A DNA stretch of 64,000 bases from Planctomycetota bacterium (GCA_044222185.1 JBGANV010000003.1:512001-576000); one strand, 5' to 3'. Positions 51,001-60,288 are shown, counted from the first letter of the stretch. Notes: generated by a model from the letters alone, not told the origin. Numbers and translations: made by a program.

Positions 51001-52236
51001 GCCCCAGTCCGAGGTGGCCGAAACACCGATGACGTTCCAGTGTCCCGGCGCGAGCGTAGGGGTGAATGCGACCGGCGAGCACAAGAGCGGGAGCGAACCG
51101 GGCGCCGAGGCCGCGAGCGATTGGCAGGAGGTCTTGACGAGGTAGGCCGCCTGAACGGCAGGTTTGAAGATGCTCGTCGCCGTGTTCTGGTTCGAGCTCC
51201 CCAGGCACGCCTTGTGCGTCACGATGCCGTACGCGGCACCGGTCGCCGCGTCGTAGAGCGGGCCGCCGGAATTGCCGTGATCGACGTCCACGTCGAACGC
51301 GATTTGATCGCCAAGCCGGAAGAGGAACGGACCGCTCGCGGTCTGCTCGATCGAGTTGTAGGTGAGGTTCGGCGTGTCGTCGATGCCAAAGCCCGTCGCG
51401 ACGAGCACCGCCGGCGCCGTGGGATGGTCGTCGGCAAAGTAGAACACCTGCGGGTAGACGGCCGACACCGGCTGGTTGAACGAGTTGTTTCCGAGGCGCC
51501 CCATGGACCAGTCGTTGCCCGGACCGTTGTCGACGGTGGTGACGGACGAACGGATCACCGGGAACTGCTTCCAGATCGGCGGAGCGACGGGTGCGCCCCA
51601 AACCACCGAGTAGGGCACGTCGAACTCGGCGACGATCGACTGCGGCGCCGGATCCTCGGGGTGACAGTGACCCGCGGTGAAGAACAGGGAGTCCCCGCTC
51701 ACGAGCCACCCCGTACAGATCCCGACGTTCAATCCGCTGAAAGATACGAGCCGGAACGCCCGGTTGTCGGTCGTCGGGACGCGATCGTCGCTGCCGTTGC
51801 AGAGGTCATCGGTGCCGACGGGAGTCGTGGGGTAGAAGAACGCAACCGACGCGATGGTGATCGAGGCCGCGGAGCCTGGGACGACGCGCAACGTCACGTC
51901 GACGGAAGCGCCGTTGAACCAACCCGTGCCGTCGTTCCAATCGAGAAGCTGGCTGCGCGTGAGCGTCTGGACCTCGCCGTCACGCGTGCTCCGGACCGAC
52001 ACGGTGTCGTATGGAGACGCCATGGTTACGTCGACGAGTTGAAGGCGGAGCCCGACGGCCGGCGGGACGGTGACCGTGTGAGTCCACTCGATCGGTCCGG
52101 ATCCCGCCGTGTTGTCCACGAGGCCACTCGACGTTCCATCGAGCGCACTCCCGCAGGGGATCTCCGCCACCTGGCCCCAGACCGTGGAACACAGCACCAG
52201 CATCGCCGCCACGCCGACGTGGAGTTTCGCGTTCAT
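48097..52236 (-). CDS. Secreted trypsin-like serine protease with three ~200-aa repeats, three IPT/TIG-like domains and a C-terminal beta domain
   Basis: TAGHC, NDW and GNSGGP catalytic motifs; P.LTS..P...G.NF..G..V..DG-type IPT repeats; AAGGAG RBS. Confidence 0.9.
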   Translation of the reverse strand: MNAKLHVGVAAMLVLCSTVWGQVAEIPCGSALDGTSSGLVDNTAGSGPIEWTHTVTVPPAVGLRLQLVDVTMASPYDTVSVRSTRDGEVQTLTRSQLLDWNDGTGWFNGASVDVTLRVVPGSAASITIASVAFFYPTTPVGTDDLCNGSDDRVPTTDNRAFRLVSFSGLNVGICTGWLVSGDSLFFTAGHCHPEDPAPQSIVAEFDVPYSVVWGAPVAPPIWKQFPVIRSSVTTVDNGPGNDWSMGRLGNNSFNQPVSAVYPQVFYFADDHPTAPAVLVATGFGIDDTPNLTYNSIEQTASGPFLFRLGDQIAFDVDVDHGNSGGPLYDAATGAAYGIVTHKACLGSSNQNTATSIFKPAVQAAYLVKTSCQSLAASAPGSLPLLCSPVAFTPTLAPGHWNVIGVSATSDWGLRAGTAPGLTSNSSGDACEFLIQDGAQGLPAASTVQAYGAGSARIQHAVAVPLSIGVPVTTTWANTDVVQAFEVVSNGGLHDVTVAGDPTLTWFLYSAVGDSSWRTRTLATPAASATAGGNPVSFVSLSPGRCVLVVSRNGGAAGLANAALTVRVCNHVDELILTPGIPAAVTNGCQPFATYAFQNQTVPNVVSLASQGPWSLSIGTTTVTNAGPGCNVAVLNAPQGVTTDSGLFSANGGAPLAVADYALATPMASNAQVSSAIDAGHLHRALYLVPPTPGSYLVATAGDPSLRWAFFGPGAPGVWQSPAMAQAGGSVGHVSLPMNLATAVYTLVVWNDSGSASSQSMPFAVSVCGAAPTLPLTAATTTPVNTSLLCQPFTVTPWNGAWNVVGVSGPPDWNMQIGNVPSVLGGNACDFLVANGHGGPITATSGVLARVPTGSTATTAEHVYALFPSAPGTQSSLMPLGSFVRLHQFDVPSTGTYVVGMTGGASGWALFAPASGSGWRARSQANAGGAPSFVTMVLTPGPHAIVVFRDGGPATSVTPYSVTLDVSPNVPPTLTSSVPSTFEFDGQAVATSVTLLGANFVPGATVRVDGVVLPATFVSPGRLDVVLPASVLSSAGTRTIQATNPAPGGGNSATLAFVVTNAAPVLTASTPSAHVLGTGPLTLAVSGSAFIAGQSQIVVDGTPIPTTWNSTTGLAAVVPPSLSWPPRDALVTVQTPGPGGGTSAARTLTIIGQHITSLVPATVPPQPVGAPAVTVQVMGSGFVPSSVVLGNGLPLSTTYVTSGRLDATLPAGMTVLREIGGITVHVSTGSDSESNAVALRVGTGTNQGTIRLAPPSPAPGTSFSLFLEGGLPNAPITYVLDLGNPDPVGAFPESVTNLVLGVGSPGMLVLFDGSGVLAPPVPAAFAPDPNGTAPGGTFVLPGITMPSPALGVTLSAQALYPDPAAPLGFRLTWARRNLSF

Positions 52237-52390
52237 GTCTCGCTCCTTGCGGTGCCGCTTCCCTGAAACGACCGGGCAGGACTCGGCTTCCGCCCGATCG
52301 GCGGGAGACACCCGAGGCGTGCGCGACCGCTGGCACCGCGCGAAGCGCGCCGGCCACGCAAACAGGCTTCGGCGAACGCGCGCAGGTCTT

Positions 52391-54586
52391 TCAGCGGCCC
52401 GGAGGAATTTCCGGGCGCGACTCCGGTTCGTCGAATTCGCGGATTTCAGACCTCAACCGGTCCATCTGCGCGCGGATGTCGCGGTCCGGAAACGGGTGGG
52501 CGTCGTCCAGCGCCGCAAACTCCTGGATCCTCGCGAGAGCCTCGCGGGGCTGGCCAGCCTGGCTCGCGATCACGGCGGCGCTGTAGACGGCCCACAAGAG
52601 CTTGGGATCTCCGACAGGAACGATCTGTCGGAAGGTCTCGATGTGAGCCCGCGTCAGGGGAAGCGCGTCGGCGAACCGGCCCTGATTCGCGAGCGACTCG
52701 ATCAGGGACTGCGTCATGAGGCTCCGGAACATCACGGCCGCGGGTGTTTCGCCGGTCTCGTCGGCGATCGCCTTGCGGGCGACGGCTTCCGCCTCGGCGG
52801 CGTGCCCCGAAGAACCGAGGACCGACGCGAGCGTGATCCGCACCTGCCGCGATGCGCTCTCGCGACCATTCGGAGCGGCGTCGATGCGCGCCGCGATCTC
52901 GCGCAGGCGCGCGACGGCGCCTACCGGGTCGGTCCGAGCGTCGTCGGAAGCCACCGCCAGTTCGAGAGTCAGCACGCGCGGGTGCGAGGCGCCGAGGACC
53001 TCACGAAGTCGCGGGAGGAGTGGGCGCGCGATCGCAGCCGTCTCATCCCCCCTCGCGAGAGCCAGCGACGTCTCGGCTGCGAATGCCTCGAGTTCGAGCG
53101 CCATCGGGGAGTCGTCGCCGAACGTCTTCCGGGCCAGCGCGGCGGCGCGGAGGAACTGCTCCCTCGCCGGCTCCGCACGACTGAGCTTCACGAGGGACTC
53201 GGCGAGCGTTCCGCGCAACTCGATTTCGGTTTGAGCGTGCGCCGGAGGCGACGCATCGAGCCTGGCGAGGACGGATTCGATGAAGTCCACCATGGTGACG
53301 GATGGTCCGCGGCCCGTGGGTCGCGGCGCTGCAATGCCGTCGCGCAGGAGGTTCAAGGCCTCCACGGCCCGCTCGTGGGCGACCTCCGTCACGCGGAGCG
53401 ACTGCGTGAGATCGCCGCGAGCGACCTCGGCCTCACGCCACGAAACGAGTGCGACGACCGTCGACACCGCCAGCGCCGCAACGACGGTCACGACGGCGGC
53501 GACGGGCCATCGGTTTCGCGCGACGAAGCGCCGAACGACATACCATCGGTCGTCTCGGCGCGCGGCGATCGGGAGCCCCACCATCGCATGGCGGACGTCT
53601 TCTGCGAGTGCCGCCATGCTCTGGTAGCGGCGCGCCGGATCCTTCGCGAGCGCCTTCAACGCGATCGTGTCGAAGTCGGACGAGATCCCACCGTCGTGCG
53701 CGGACGGCGGGACGGGGTCCACCTCCGTCACCTGATGGATGAGCTTCCGCAGGTCTTCGGTCGTGGCGTGGGGCCGCACACCGGTGAGCAGCTCGTACAG
53801 CATCACGCCGGCGGCGTGGACATCGGCACGTGCGTCCACCCAGGCGCCACGATCCCCGAGCTGTTCGGGCGCCGCATAGGCGAGCGTGCCGACGAACTCG
53901 CCGGTGAGGGTGGACGCAATCGGCGCGGGGTGTTCGCCCCCGAGCCGCCGTGCGAGCCCGAAGTCGACCACACGCGCGTCGCCGCGGCGATCGACGAGCA
54001 CGTTCGCCGGCTTGAGATCGCGGTGGATGATCCCGTTCAGGTGCGCGTGATGGACGGCGTCGCAAACGGCCATGAATGCCCGGAGCCGGTCGGCGCGCGT
54101 GATGTCGCTGCGCCGACTCCAGCGGTCGAGACGCTCGCCGTCGACCAACTCCATCGCGAGCCAGGGAGTGCCGTCCGACGTCGTGCCGCCATCGAACACG
54201 GTGACCAGCCCGGGATGACGCAAGGATGCCGCCGTCTCGACCTCACGCTCGAAGCGTCGGTGTTCGGCCGACGACGAGTACCGACCACGGATCATGAGCT
54301 TCAATGCGACGGTCCGGCCCGTCGACGTCTGAACGGCGCGATGGATGACGCCCTGGCCGCCGCGATGCAGCTCCGGCCCCACGACGTAGCCTGGAATCGT
54401 CGTCGCCGCGTCGGGCCCTGGCCGAGGGTCGATTCCCGCAGCGAGTTCGTCGTTGGCCCGCAGCTCCGCCAGGGCGACCGTGCAGTCAGCGCACGCCGCG
54501 AGGTGGCCGCGCAGTTCCGCGTCGCGGTCGGTGGACAGCCGCCGCGCTTCCAGATCCTCGAGGTCTTCGATCGAGAGGCAACCCAT
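52391..54586 (-). CDS. Ser/Thr kinase with N-terminal ZAS-type zinc finger, TM helix and TPR region
   Basis: HLAACADC; RGGQG, VALK, HRDLKPAN, DFG and GTLAYAAPEQ motifs. Confidence 0.92.
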   Translation of the reverse strand: MGCLSIEDLEDLEARRLSTDRDAELRGHLAACADCTVALAELRANDELAAGIDPRPGPDAATTIPGYVVGPELHRGGQGVIHRAVQTSTGRTVALKLMIRGRYSSSAEHRRFEREVETAASLRHPGLVTVFDGGTTSDGTPWLAMELVDGERLDRWSRRSDITRADRLRAFMAVCDAVHHAHLNGIIHRDLKPANVLVDRRGDARVVDFGLARRLGGEHPAPIASTLTGEFVGTLAYAAPEQLGDRGAWVDARADVHAAGVMLYELLTGVRPHATTEDLRKLIHQVTEVDPVPPSAHDGGISSDFDTIALKALAKDPARRYQSMAALAEDVRHAMVGLPIAARRDDRWYVVRRFVARNRWPVAAVVTVVAALAVSTVVALVSWREAEVARGDLTQSLRVTEVAHERAVEALNLLRDGIAAPRPTGRGPSVTMVDFIESVLARLDASPPAHAQTEIELRGTLAESLVKLSRAEPAREQFLRAAALARKTFGDDSPMALELEAFAAETSLALARGDETAAIARPLLPRLREVLGASHPRVLTLELAVASDDARTDPVGAVARLREIAARIDAAPNGRESASRQVRITLASVLGSSGHAAEAEAVARKAIADETGETPAAVMFRSLMTQSLIESLANQGRFADALPLTRAHIETFRQIVPVGDPKLLWAVYSAAVIASQAGQPREALARIQEFAALDDAHPFPDRDIRAQMDRLRSEIREFDEPESRPEIPPGR

Positions 54587-54594
54587 GGGTTCAG

Positions 54595-55185
54595 TCAGGT
54601 TTCGGCCAGCTCATCCAGTTCTTTCAGGAGAACGCGCAGGCGTTTCAGCACGCGGTGTTTGGCGATGAAGACGGCGTTGCGCGTCATGCCCAGCTCGACG
54701 GCGACGTCGGCGGGCACTCGCCCCTCGAGCTGGACGGCGGTGAAGGCGCGCCACGTGTTCGCGTCGACTTCGAGCGGCACGCGGGCGAGTGCCTGATCCA
54801 TGAGGTTCCGCTGCCAGGTCAGATCCCAGATCTCGAGCTGATCGCACTCGGCAACGGCAGGAACCCCGCCGCCATCCGTGTTCCCCGCCTTCTCGCGTGC
54901 GCGACGCGCGCGCTCGTCCCACGTCTGGCGGACCTTCATGCTCGCGATGCCGAAGAGCCACGAGCTGAGTCGCCCGCGGCCACGGACGAAGTTTCCACGC
55001 CTAAGCCCATCGAGGAAGGCGAGCAGTGTCTCCTGACACACGTCGTCCGCCTCGGCAGGCGTCAGTCCGAGTCTGGACGCCAGCACGAAGACGGGGCGGC
55101 GGAAGCGTGCGACGAGAGTCGCCCATGCGAGCTCGTCTCCAGCCTTCAGCTGGTCGATCATCAACGACGTGGTCAGCCACTCCAT
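54595..55185 (-). CDS. ECF sigma factor
   Basis: EADDVCQE, GRLSSWLFGI and VAVELGMTRNAVFIAKHRV motifs; directly upstream of the kinase. Confidence 0.92.
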   Translation of the reverse strand: MEWLTTSLMIDQLKAGDELAWATLVARFRRPVFVLASRLGLTPAEADDVCQETLLAFLDGLRRGNFVRGRGRLSSWLFGIASMKVRQTWDERARRAREKAGNTDGGGVPAVAECDQLEIWDLTWQRNLMDQALARVPLEVDANTWRAFTAVQLEGRVPADVAVELGMTRNAVFIAKHRVLKRLRVLLKELDELAET

Positions 55186-55343
55186 GTCGCGGCCATCGTA
55201 GCCGAGGCATGGGCCCCACGACGGACTGGTCATGCCGAGCCCGCAACGCGGGGGCCGGTGCGCAAGCGCCGTTGCGAGGAGCGCCCGGCGGTCACCGGCC
55301 TCGTCGAGGTGATCCAGCGGGCGTCACGGCGAGCCGGGGGAGA

Positions 55344-56759
55344 TCAGTACTCCTTGAAGACCTCGTCCTTCGCGTCGTCGTGGAAGTGCTTGATGTCGGT
55401 GCGGAAACGGTTCGACTTCCCATCGAGCGCTTCGACGCACGTCTTCGCGTACTCACGAAGCGCGAGGTCGCGCGCCTGATCGGCCAATCGTCGAAGCTTG
55501 TCGCCGAGTTTGGGCTGAAGCGCGATGAACTCCTTCGAGTTCGGCCGCGCGACCGTGCGCGAGTAGCCGTCCGTGGTTCCCGCTGCCCCCGGAATCGACC
55601 GCTCGTAGACGGGAGTCTTGGCGCGCAGGATGATCTCCGTCGCCACGTAACAGGCGACGGCTTGCACCGTCAGACACGTTCCCTTCTCGGCGATCTCGAT
55701 GATGAGGTCGAGCTGCTCCGGCGAGATGTCGATGTCCAGGCACGCGAGGAGCGCGTGCGTCCGCATGAGCGGTCCACCCGTCGTGAGGTTGGTCTGGTGG
55801 ATCTGGAGCATCTTCGCGTGGTCCTTGTCCATCTTCGCGATGGTCCGAAGGATCAACGCCCGCATGCGATCGGTGTTTTCGCGCAGGTAGCACGTGATCA
55901 TGGGCTCCACGCCCTCGACCACGCCCAGGTTGCGCAACGCGAACACGGCGTTGCGACGGAGCTGGCCGCTCGCATCGCCAAGCAGCGGGATGATGAGGGT
56001 GAGCGCGTTCAGGTTCTTGGCGTCCTTCGTCGCCTTGATGGCTTCCTGCCGCTTCACCTCCCCCGCCTCCGGCTTGAACTGCTCTGCGAGCAACTTCAGC
56101 GCGCGGGGGTCGTCGATCCTCGCCAGCTCGCGGATCGCGGGCTTGCGGATCGTGTCGCGGTTCGCGTTGGCGGCTTCGAAGAGGGCCTTGAGCTTCTCCG
56201 GCGCCACGGTCCCAGCCTTGTCCGCGTCGGCCACGCTGTCGAGCGCGAGCTGCATCTGCCCGGCGAGCTCGGCACCGTTCGTCATCCCGATGCGGCGGAA
56301 GATCAGGGATCGGTCCGGGCGGAGAAACACGAACTGGGCGGGCGTCGGGTTCGGGCTCTTCGAGACGGCTTGGCTCGTCTGGGTCCAGCTCGCCTGATGA
56401 TCCTTGCAGCGAGTCCCGGGGAAGCGGGCGCAGGACTGATCCTTGCCGGCCGCCTCGTGCACGTCGGGACTCCCCACGACCCACACGAATTTCTTGGCGA
56501 GCTTCAGGACAGCGGGGTCCATCAGGGCCTGGGTCACGATCGACTGACTCGCCTCGTCCGTCGCACGGTTGAAGTGCACGAGGATCAGGCGGTTCGACGC
56601 GCTCGCTTCCATGGCCGCCGAGTCGAAGCTCGCAACCCAGGTGATCCCAGTGGATGCGGCCTGAGAGCGGAGCCCAGGTGCCAGAGCGAGCATGAAAACG
56701 GCGGTGCGGACTGCGATCGCGAGAACGGCGTCGCGATCACCGCGGGCGGCATACGTCAT
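55344..56759 (-). CDS. Secreted thioredoxin-fold + HEAT-repeat protein (start uncertain)
   Basis: ITW..SFD.A..EA..SNRLILV.F thioredoxin-like start without CxxC; PAQFVFL.PD; several HEAT repeats (LIIPLLGD...LRRNAVFAL). Confidence 0.75.
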   Translation of the reverse strand: MTYAARGDRDAVLAIAVRTAVFMLALAPGLRSQAASTGITWVASFDSAAMEASASNRLILVHFNRATDEASQSIVTQALMDPAVLKLAKKFVWVVGSPDVHEAAGKDQSCARFPGTRCKDHQASWTQTSQAVSKSPNPTPAQFVFLRPDRSLIFRRIGMTNGAELAGQMQLALDSVADADKAGTVAPEKLKALFEAANANRDTIRKPAIRELARIDDPRALKLLAEQFKPEAGEVKRQEAIKATKDAKNLNALTLIIPLLGDASGQLRRNAVFALRNLGVVEGVEPMITCYLRENTDRMRALILRTIAKMDKDHAKMLQIHQTNLTTGGPLMRTHALLACLDIDISPEQLDLIIEIAEKGTCLTVQAVACYVATEIILRAKTPVYERSIPGAAGTTDGYSRTVARPNSKEFIALQPKLGDKLRRLADQARDLALREYAKTCVEALDGKSNRFRTDIKHFHDDAKDEVFKEY

Positions 56760-56948
56760 GAACCAACGCTTTTGTTGACGGTCTCGACTGGCAGCGCCGA
56801 GGGCAGGTCGGCGGGGTTGGGCGTTCCGAGGGTCGGAGACTACTCCCCATCCCCGCGTTCGGTCAAGTGACACTCGGCTCGCGTTCGACTCCCATTCGAC
56901 GCGGCGCCGGCCAGGTTCGGCGGCCGCTGCCCCGTTCAGATGACCTCG

Positions 56949-57330
56949 TCAGCGAGGCTTCCGTGGCCGTCGCGTCCGCGCGTCGAGGCGCTCGACATCC
57001 GCAAGATCCTTGGGACGTCCCGCCGCCGGTCGTTGCGGATCAACGGAGCACGGCCGATGAACGTGACACGAACATCGTCGATCGTGTCCTCGCCCCGTGA
57101 ACGCCAGGCCTGCTCGAAGGACACACCGGAAATCGCCGTGAGGACGTCGATCCGGCGCGGCGGGAGGCCGATCTGGTACACCACGCCGGGCCGAGCGAAG
57201 TCTGCGACCGCCACACCTGCGGACTTCAAAGGAGCACGAGATTCCACGAGCGCGGAGTCGACCCGCTCGGCATTCTTCGTCGTCGGTCGGACGAAGAAAT
57301 CCATGTCGTCGACGCGGAGAGGTCGTCTTG
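56949..57330 (-). pseudogene. Nucleotidyltransferase (DUF6036-like) remnant
   Basis: DMDFFV.PT..NAERV..AL, QIGLPPRRIDVLTAISGVSF..AW, then a frameshift to AAGRPKDLADVE; N-terminus missing. Confidence 0.75.
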
Positions 57331-57792
57331 GGGCTCGAAGCCGAGGACGAACATGCGAACGGGCCAGGCATTGCGGGCGCGAACGGCCCTGGGCCCGGCT
57401 GTTCTTCGGCTTCTCTTCGGCATGGAGGCGCGACCTCATCAGGCAGCGGCAGCGTCGTGTTCCGTGCGGAAGGCGATCGACCCGCCGAGCACCGCACCGC
57501 CGGGCCACCGCGGTTTCAGGTCTTCCAACGCCCGCCGTGCCAGCTTTCAGGGGTAGGCCTCGTGGGGAGACGGCGCGACGCACCGCTCACAGGACGGCAC
57601 GGCCGCATCCTTGTCGCTCGCGACCTCGACGCGGAGGCCTTCGATGAACGCCTGGTCGTTCTCGACGCGGTCGGGCATGAGGTCCGCCGTCATCGCCTGC
57701 TCGAGGGCGACCGCGACTTCGTCGGTGGCGTGGGAACGGCACTCGGCCTGATCGACGTCGACGTCGTCCGCAGGCGACTTTGGTCACCCACG

Positions 57793-58545
57793 TCATGCGG
57801 TGACGGCGCCTTCCGGATCACCCGCTCGCGGCGTGGCGACTCCTGAACAGAACGCTGCTCGTCTACGCACCCCGCCGGGAGCCGGCTCCTCGCCGGCCAG
57901 TCGTTTCGACTCGGGGATGGCGTCGAGCGGGAAACCGGTCTCCAGTTGCAGTGCCGCCTTCTGAAGGCGGAACTCCGGCGCCGGGTCATGGGTGTCATCG
58001 AGCAACTTGCGCGCAGCGTCGAAGGGGCCCGTCGAACCATGCAGCTGGGCCTCGACGTGCCGCAGGCGATCGGCAGCCCTCGCTGCGGTGCGCGACCGCA
58101 GCGCCGCGATCTTGGCAACCGCACTCTCCGCATCGCCGCGCTCGGCAAGCGTCACGCCGGACGGCGTCGGGAAGCATGGCGCAATCGACACCGCGACTTC
58201 CCCGACCGACGGAGCGGAGCGCCTTGAGAATTCCCCAGAGAGCCGTCGGCATCGGAAACAGGCCGAAGGGCAACCCCCACCATCCGACGGCACCAGTCCT
58301 GACCGAGGGTCGGCCGATGGCTTCGGCCGTGCAGTCGGGACACTTGCGATGAGCGAACGTCCGCCAGGACGTCATCACGACGATCTGACGACGCGACACG
58401 AGGCCGTCGTGACGGCGCCCGGCACACCGCGGATCTCACACCCGTCGGATAGGGCGCGCGCGTCCGCCTCGCCTCGTCGCGGATATCGATCCACGTCCGG
58501 TCCGCTGATGAGGGTCGGAGAGAATCACCGGCCGCGCGGACGCGG
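57793..58545 (-). pseudogene. Degenerate paralog of the upstream GYF/TM/TPR gene
   Basis: IVVMTSWRTF...CPDC...GWWGLPFGL..PTALW matches FLVLTTWRKF...CRPC...GWWGVPWGI..PWALW of 58550-60214; broken across frames. Confidence 0.7.
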
Positions 58546-58549
58546 ATGC

Positions 58550-60214
58550 CTACCTCTCGCCCAGTCGCTCGAGCGCGGCCTTGGCGAACTGGTAGGGGTA
58601 GGTCTTGCCGGGCGACATGGCGACGCACTGGCGATATCCCTTGATGGCATCGGCCTTCTCGCCGGAGATCTCGTGGTACATGGCCTTCACGAAGGCGAGG
58701 TCGTTGGCGTGACGGTTCTCGACGGTGCCCGGCCGCGCCGTCGGGTCGGGTTGCGGCAGCCCTTCCCCGGTCGCGAGGAAGTTCGACGCGACGGAGGGGA
58801 AGTTGAGCTCCGGGTCTTTCTGGGGCCGAGGGCACGCTTCCCACGCGGCCACGGCGGCGTCGCGCTTGCCGTTGCGCAGCAACGCGATGCCCAGTTCGAA
58901 CGACGCGAGGATCCGATCATCGAGCGCCGCCGAACGATCGTCGACGAGATCCTGGAGGATCTCGACGGCCTGGACGTAGTTGCCGCGATGCAGCTGCACC
59001 GAACCCCGTACCTCTCGAACGCTCGACCTCTTCGGATCGACGTAACGCAGGATCTTCTCGATCTTCGCGAAGTCGGAAAGGCCGCACAGGAGTCTCACGC
59101 GCCACACCTGAAGATCCGTCGCGAACGCCGTCGTGGCCTGTCCGGCGAGGATTTCCAGCAGGTCGGCGCCTTCGCGGGCCTTGCCGTCCTCGGCGAGGGC
59201 GAGCGCGACGAAAGTCGCGACTCCACACTCCTGCTCGTCATCCACGGTGACGAACTGAGGGTTCACGAGGCACTGATCGAATCGGCGCCGCATGGCGTTG
59301 CACGCAAACCGCACGGTGTTCACCCCGGGATCGGACGGCCAGCGCTTCAGCGCGGCCTCGACCACCCGGTCAGCCTGGTCCAGCTGGCCCGCGGCGAACA
59401 TCGCATAGGCGAGGTCTTCCCTCAGCCCGGGGAAGTCGGGGTTGAGCTGGATCGCGGCGTTCAGCTCCGTGATCGCTGCCGGCACCTGCCCCGCCGAGAT
59501 CTGGGCACGCGCCAGGGTGGCATGCGCGATCCAACTCGTCGCGTCGGCCCGCACCGCCGCCTGGGCCTGCTGGACGGCGCCGGCCGCATTGCCCGCGTCG
59601 AGCGCCTGCCGTGACGCGTCGAGACACACCACGACGTCGTCTCGGACTCGCTCCATGCCACTCTCGCGCGCAGTGGCGCGCTCGCGCTGCTCCATGTACG
59701 TCACGCCTGCGACGGAAAGGATCGGCACGGTGAGCGCCATGGTGAACAGCGCGGTCCCCACACCTCCGAAGCCCGCGCGAGAGAGCGCTCTCTGATTGAC
59801 CCAAAGAGCCCAGGGCGTCCTGATGATTCCCCACGGCACGCCCCACCAACCCAGCAACGCCGAGATGAGCATGCGCTTGCGCCCCTGCCGCGCGATGCAT
59901 GGGCGACACAACGGCTGGTCGAATTTCCGCCACGTCGTGAGGACGAGGAAGCTCGTCACCTGTGCGAGCTCGACAGGCCGTGCGTTCTTCGCACCACACG
60001 CAGTGCAGTTGATGGGATTGGCGGCCGCCTTCTCTGCCGCCGCGGCGGCGAGAAGGAACGAGTCCACGGGAGTCCAGTTGTCCGTGCCCCGTGGAGCAAC
60101 TTCGGCGTCCGCGGCGAAGGCCTGCTGCTCGTGCATCGCCCGGATCTGTTCGAGGGGAAACGGTCCCATCCGCTCGCCGCCCTGGCGAACGCTGAATTGG
60201 ATTCCATCCTTCAT
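58550..60214 (-). CDS. GYF_2-like domain + CxxC/CxxC membrane domain + TPR protein
   Basis: GERMGPF.LEQI...GTDNW.P; CTAC and CRPC; GWWG.PWG; TPR repeats. Confidence 0.85.
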   Translation of the reverse strand: MKDGIQFSVRQGGERMGPFPLEQIRAMHEQQAFAADAEVAPRGTDNWTPVDSFLLAAAAAEKAAANPINCTACGAKNARPVELAQVTSFLVLTTWRKFDQPLCRPCIARQGRKRMLISALLGWWGVPWGIIRTPWALWVNQRALSRAGFGGVGTALFTMALTVPILSVAGVTYMEQRERATARESGMERVRDDVVVCLDASRQALDAGNAAGAVQQAQAAVRADATSWIAHATLARAQISAGQVPAAITELNAAIQLNPDFPGLREDLAYAMFAAGQLDQADRVVEAALKRWPSDPGVNTVRFACNAMRRRFDQCLVNPQFVTVDDEQECGVATFVALALAEDGKAREGADLLEILAGQATTAFATDLQVWRVRLLCGLSDFAKIEKILRYVDPKRSSVREVRGSVQLHRGNYVQAVEILQDLVDDRSAALDDRILASFELGIALLRNGKRDAAVAAWEACPRPQKDPELNFPSVASNFLATGEGLPQPDPTARPGTVENRHANDLAFVKAMYHEISGEKADAIKGYRQCVAMSPGKTYPYQFAKAALERLGER

Positions 60215-60288
60215 GAGTCTCTCTCCCTGACCGCATCCGCCTGCGATGCGCCCCCGGCGTCGAGCCGCCGCGGGATCGGAACCTCGCT

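Noticed and set aside
32062-54796. Long antisense or alternate-frame ORFs (e.g. 32062-33858 +, 37509-40604 -, 41240-42898 -, 52109-54796 +)
   Set aside because: These are shadow ORFs of well-supported genes in high-GC DNA; they are Arg/Gly/Pro-rich and carry no motifs.
58240-58292. GCCGTCGG...CCGACGGC hairpin as a riboswitch or ncRNA
   Set aside because: It lies within the decayed GWWGLPFG coding remnant and matches no riboswitch consensus I recognise.
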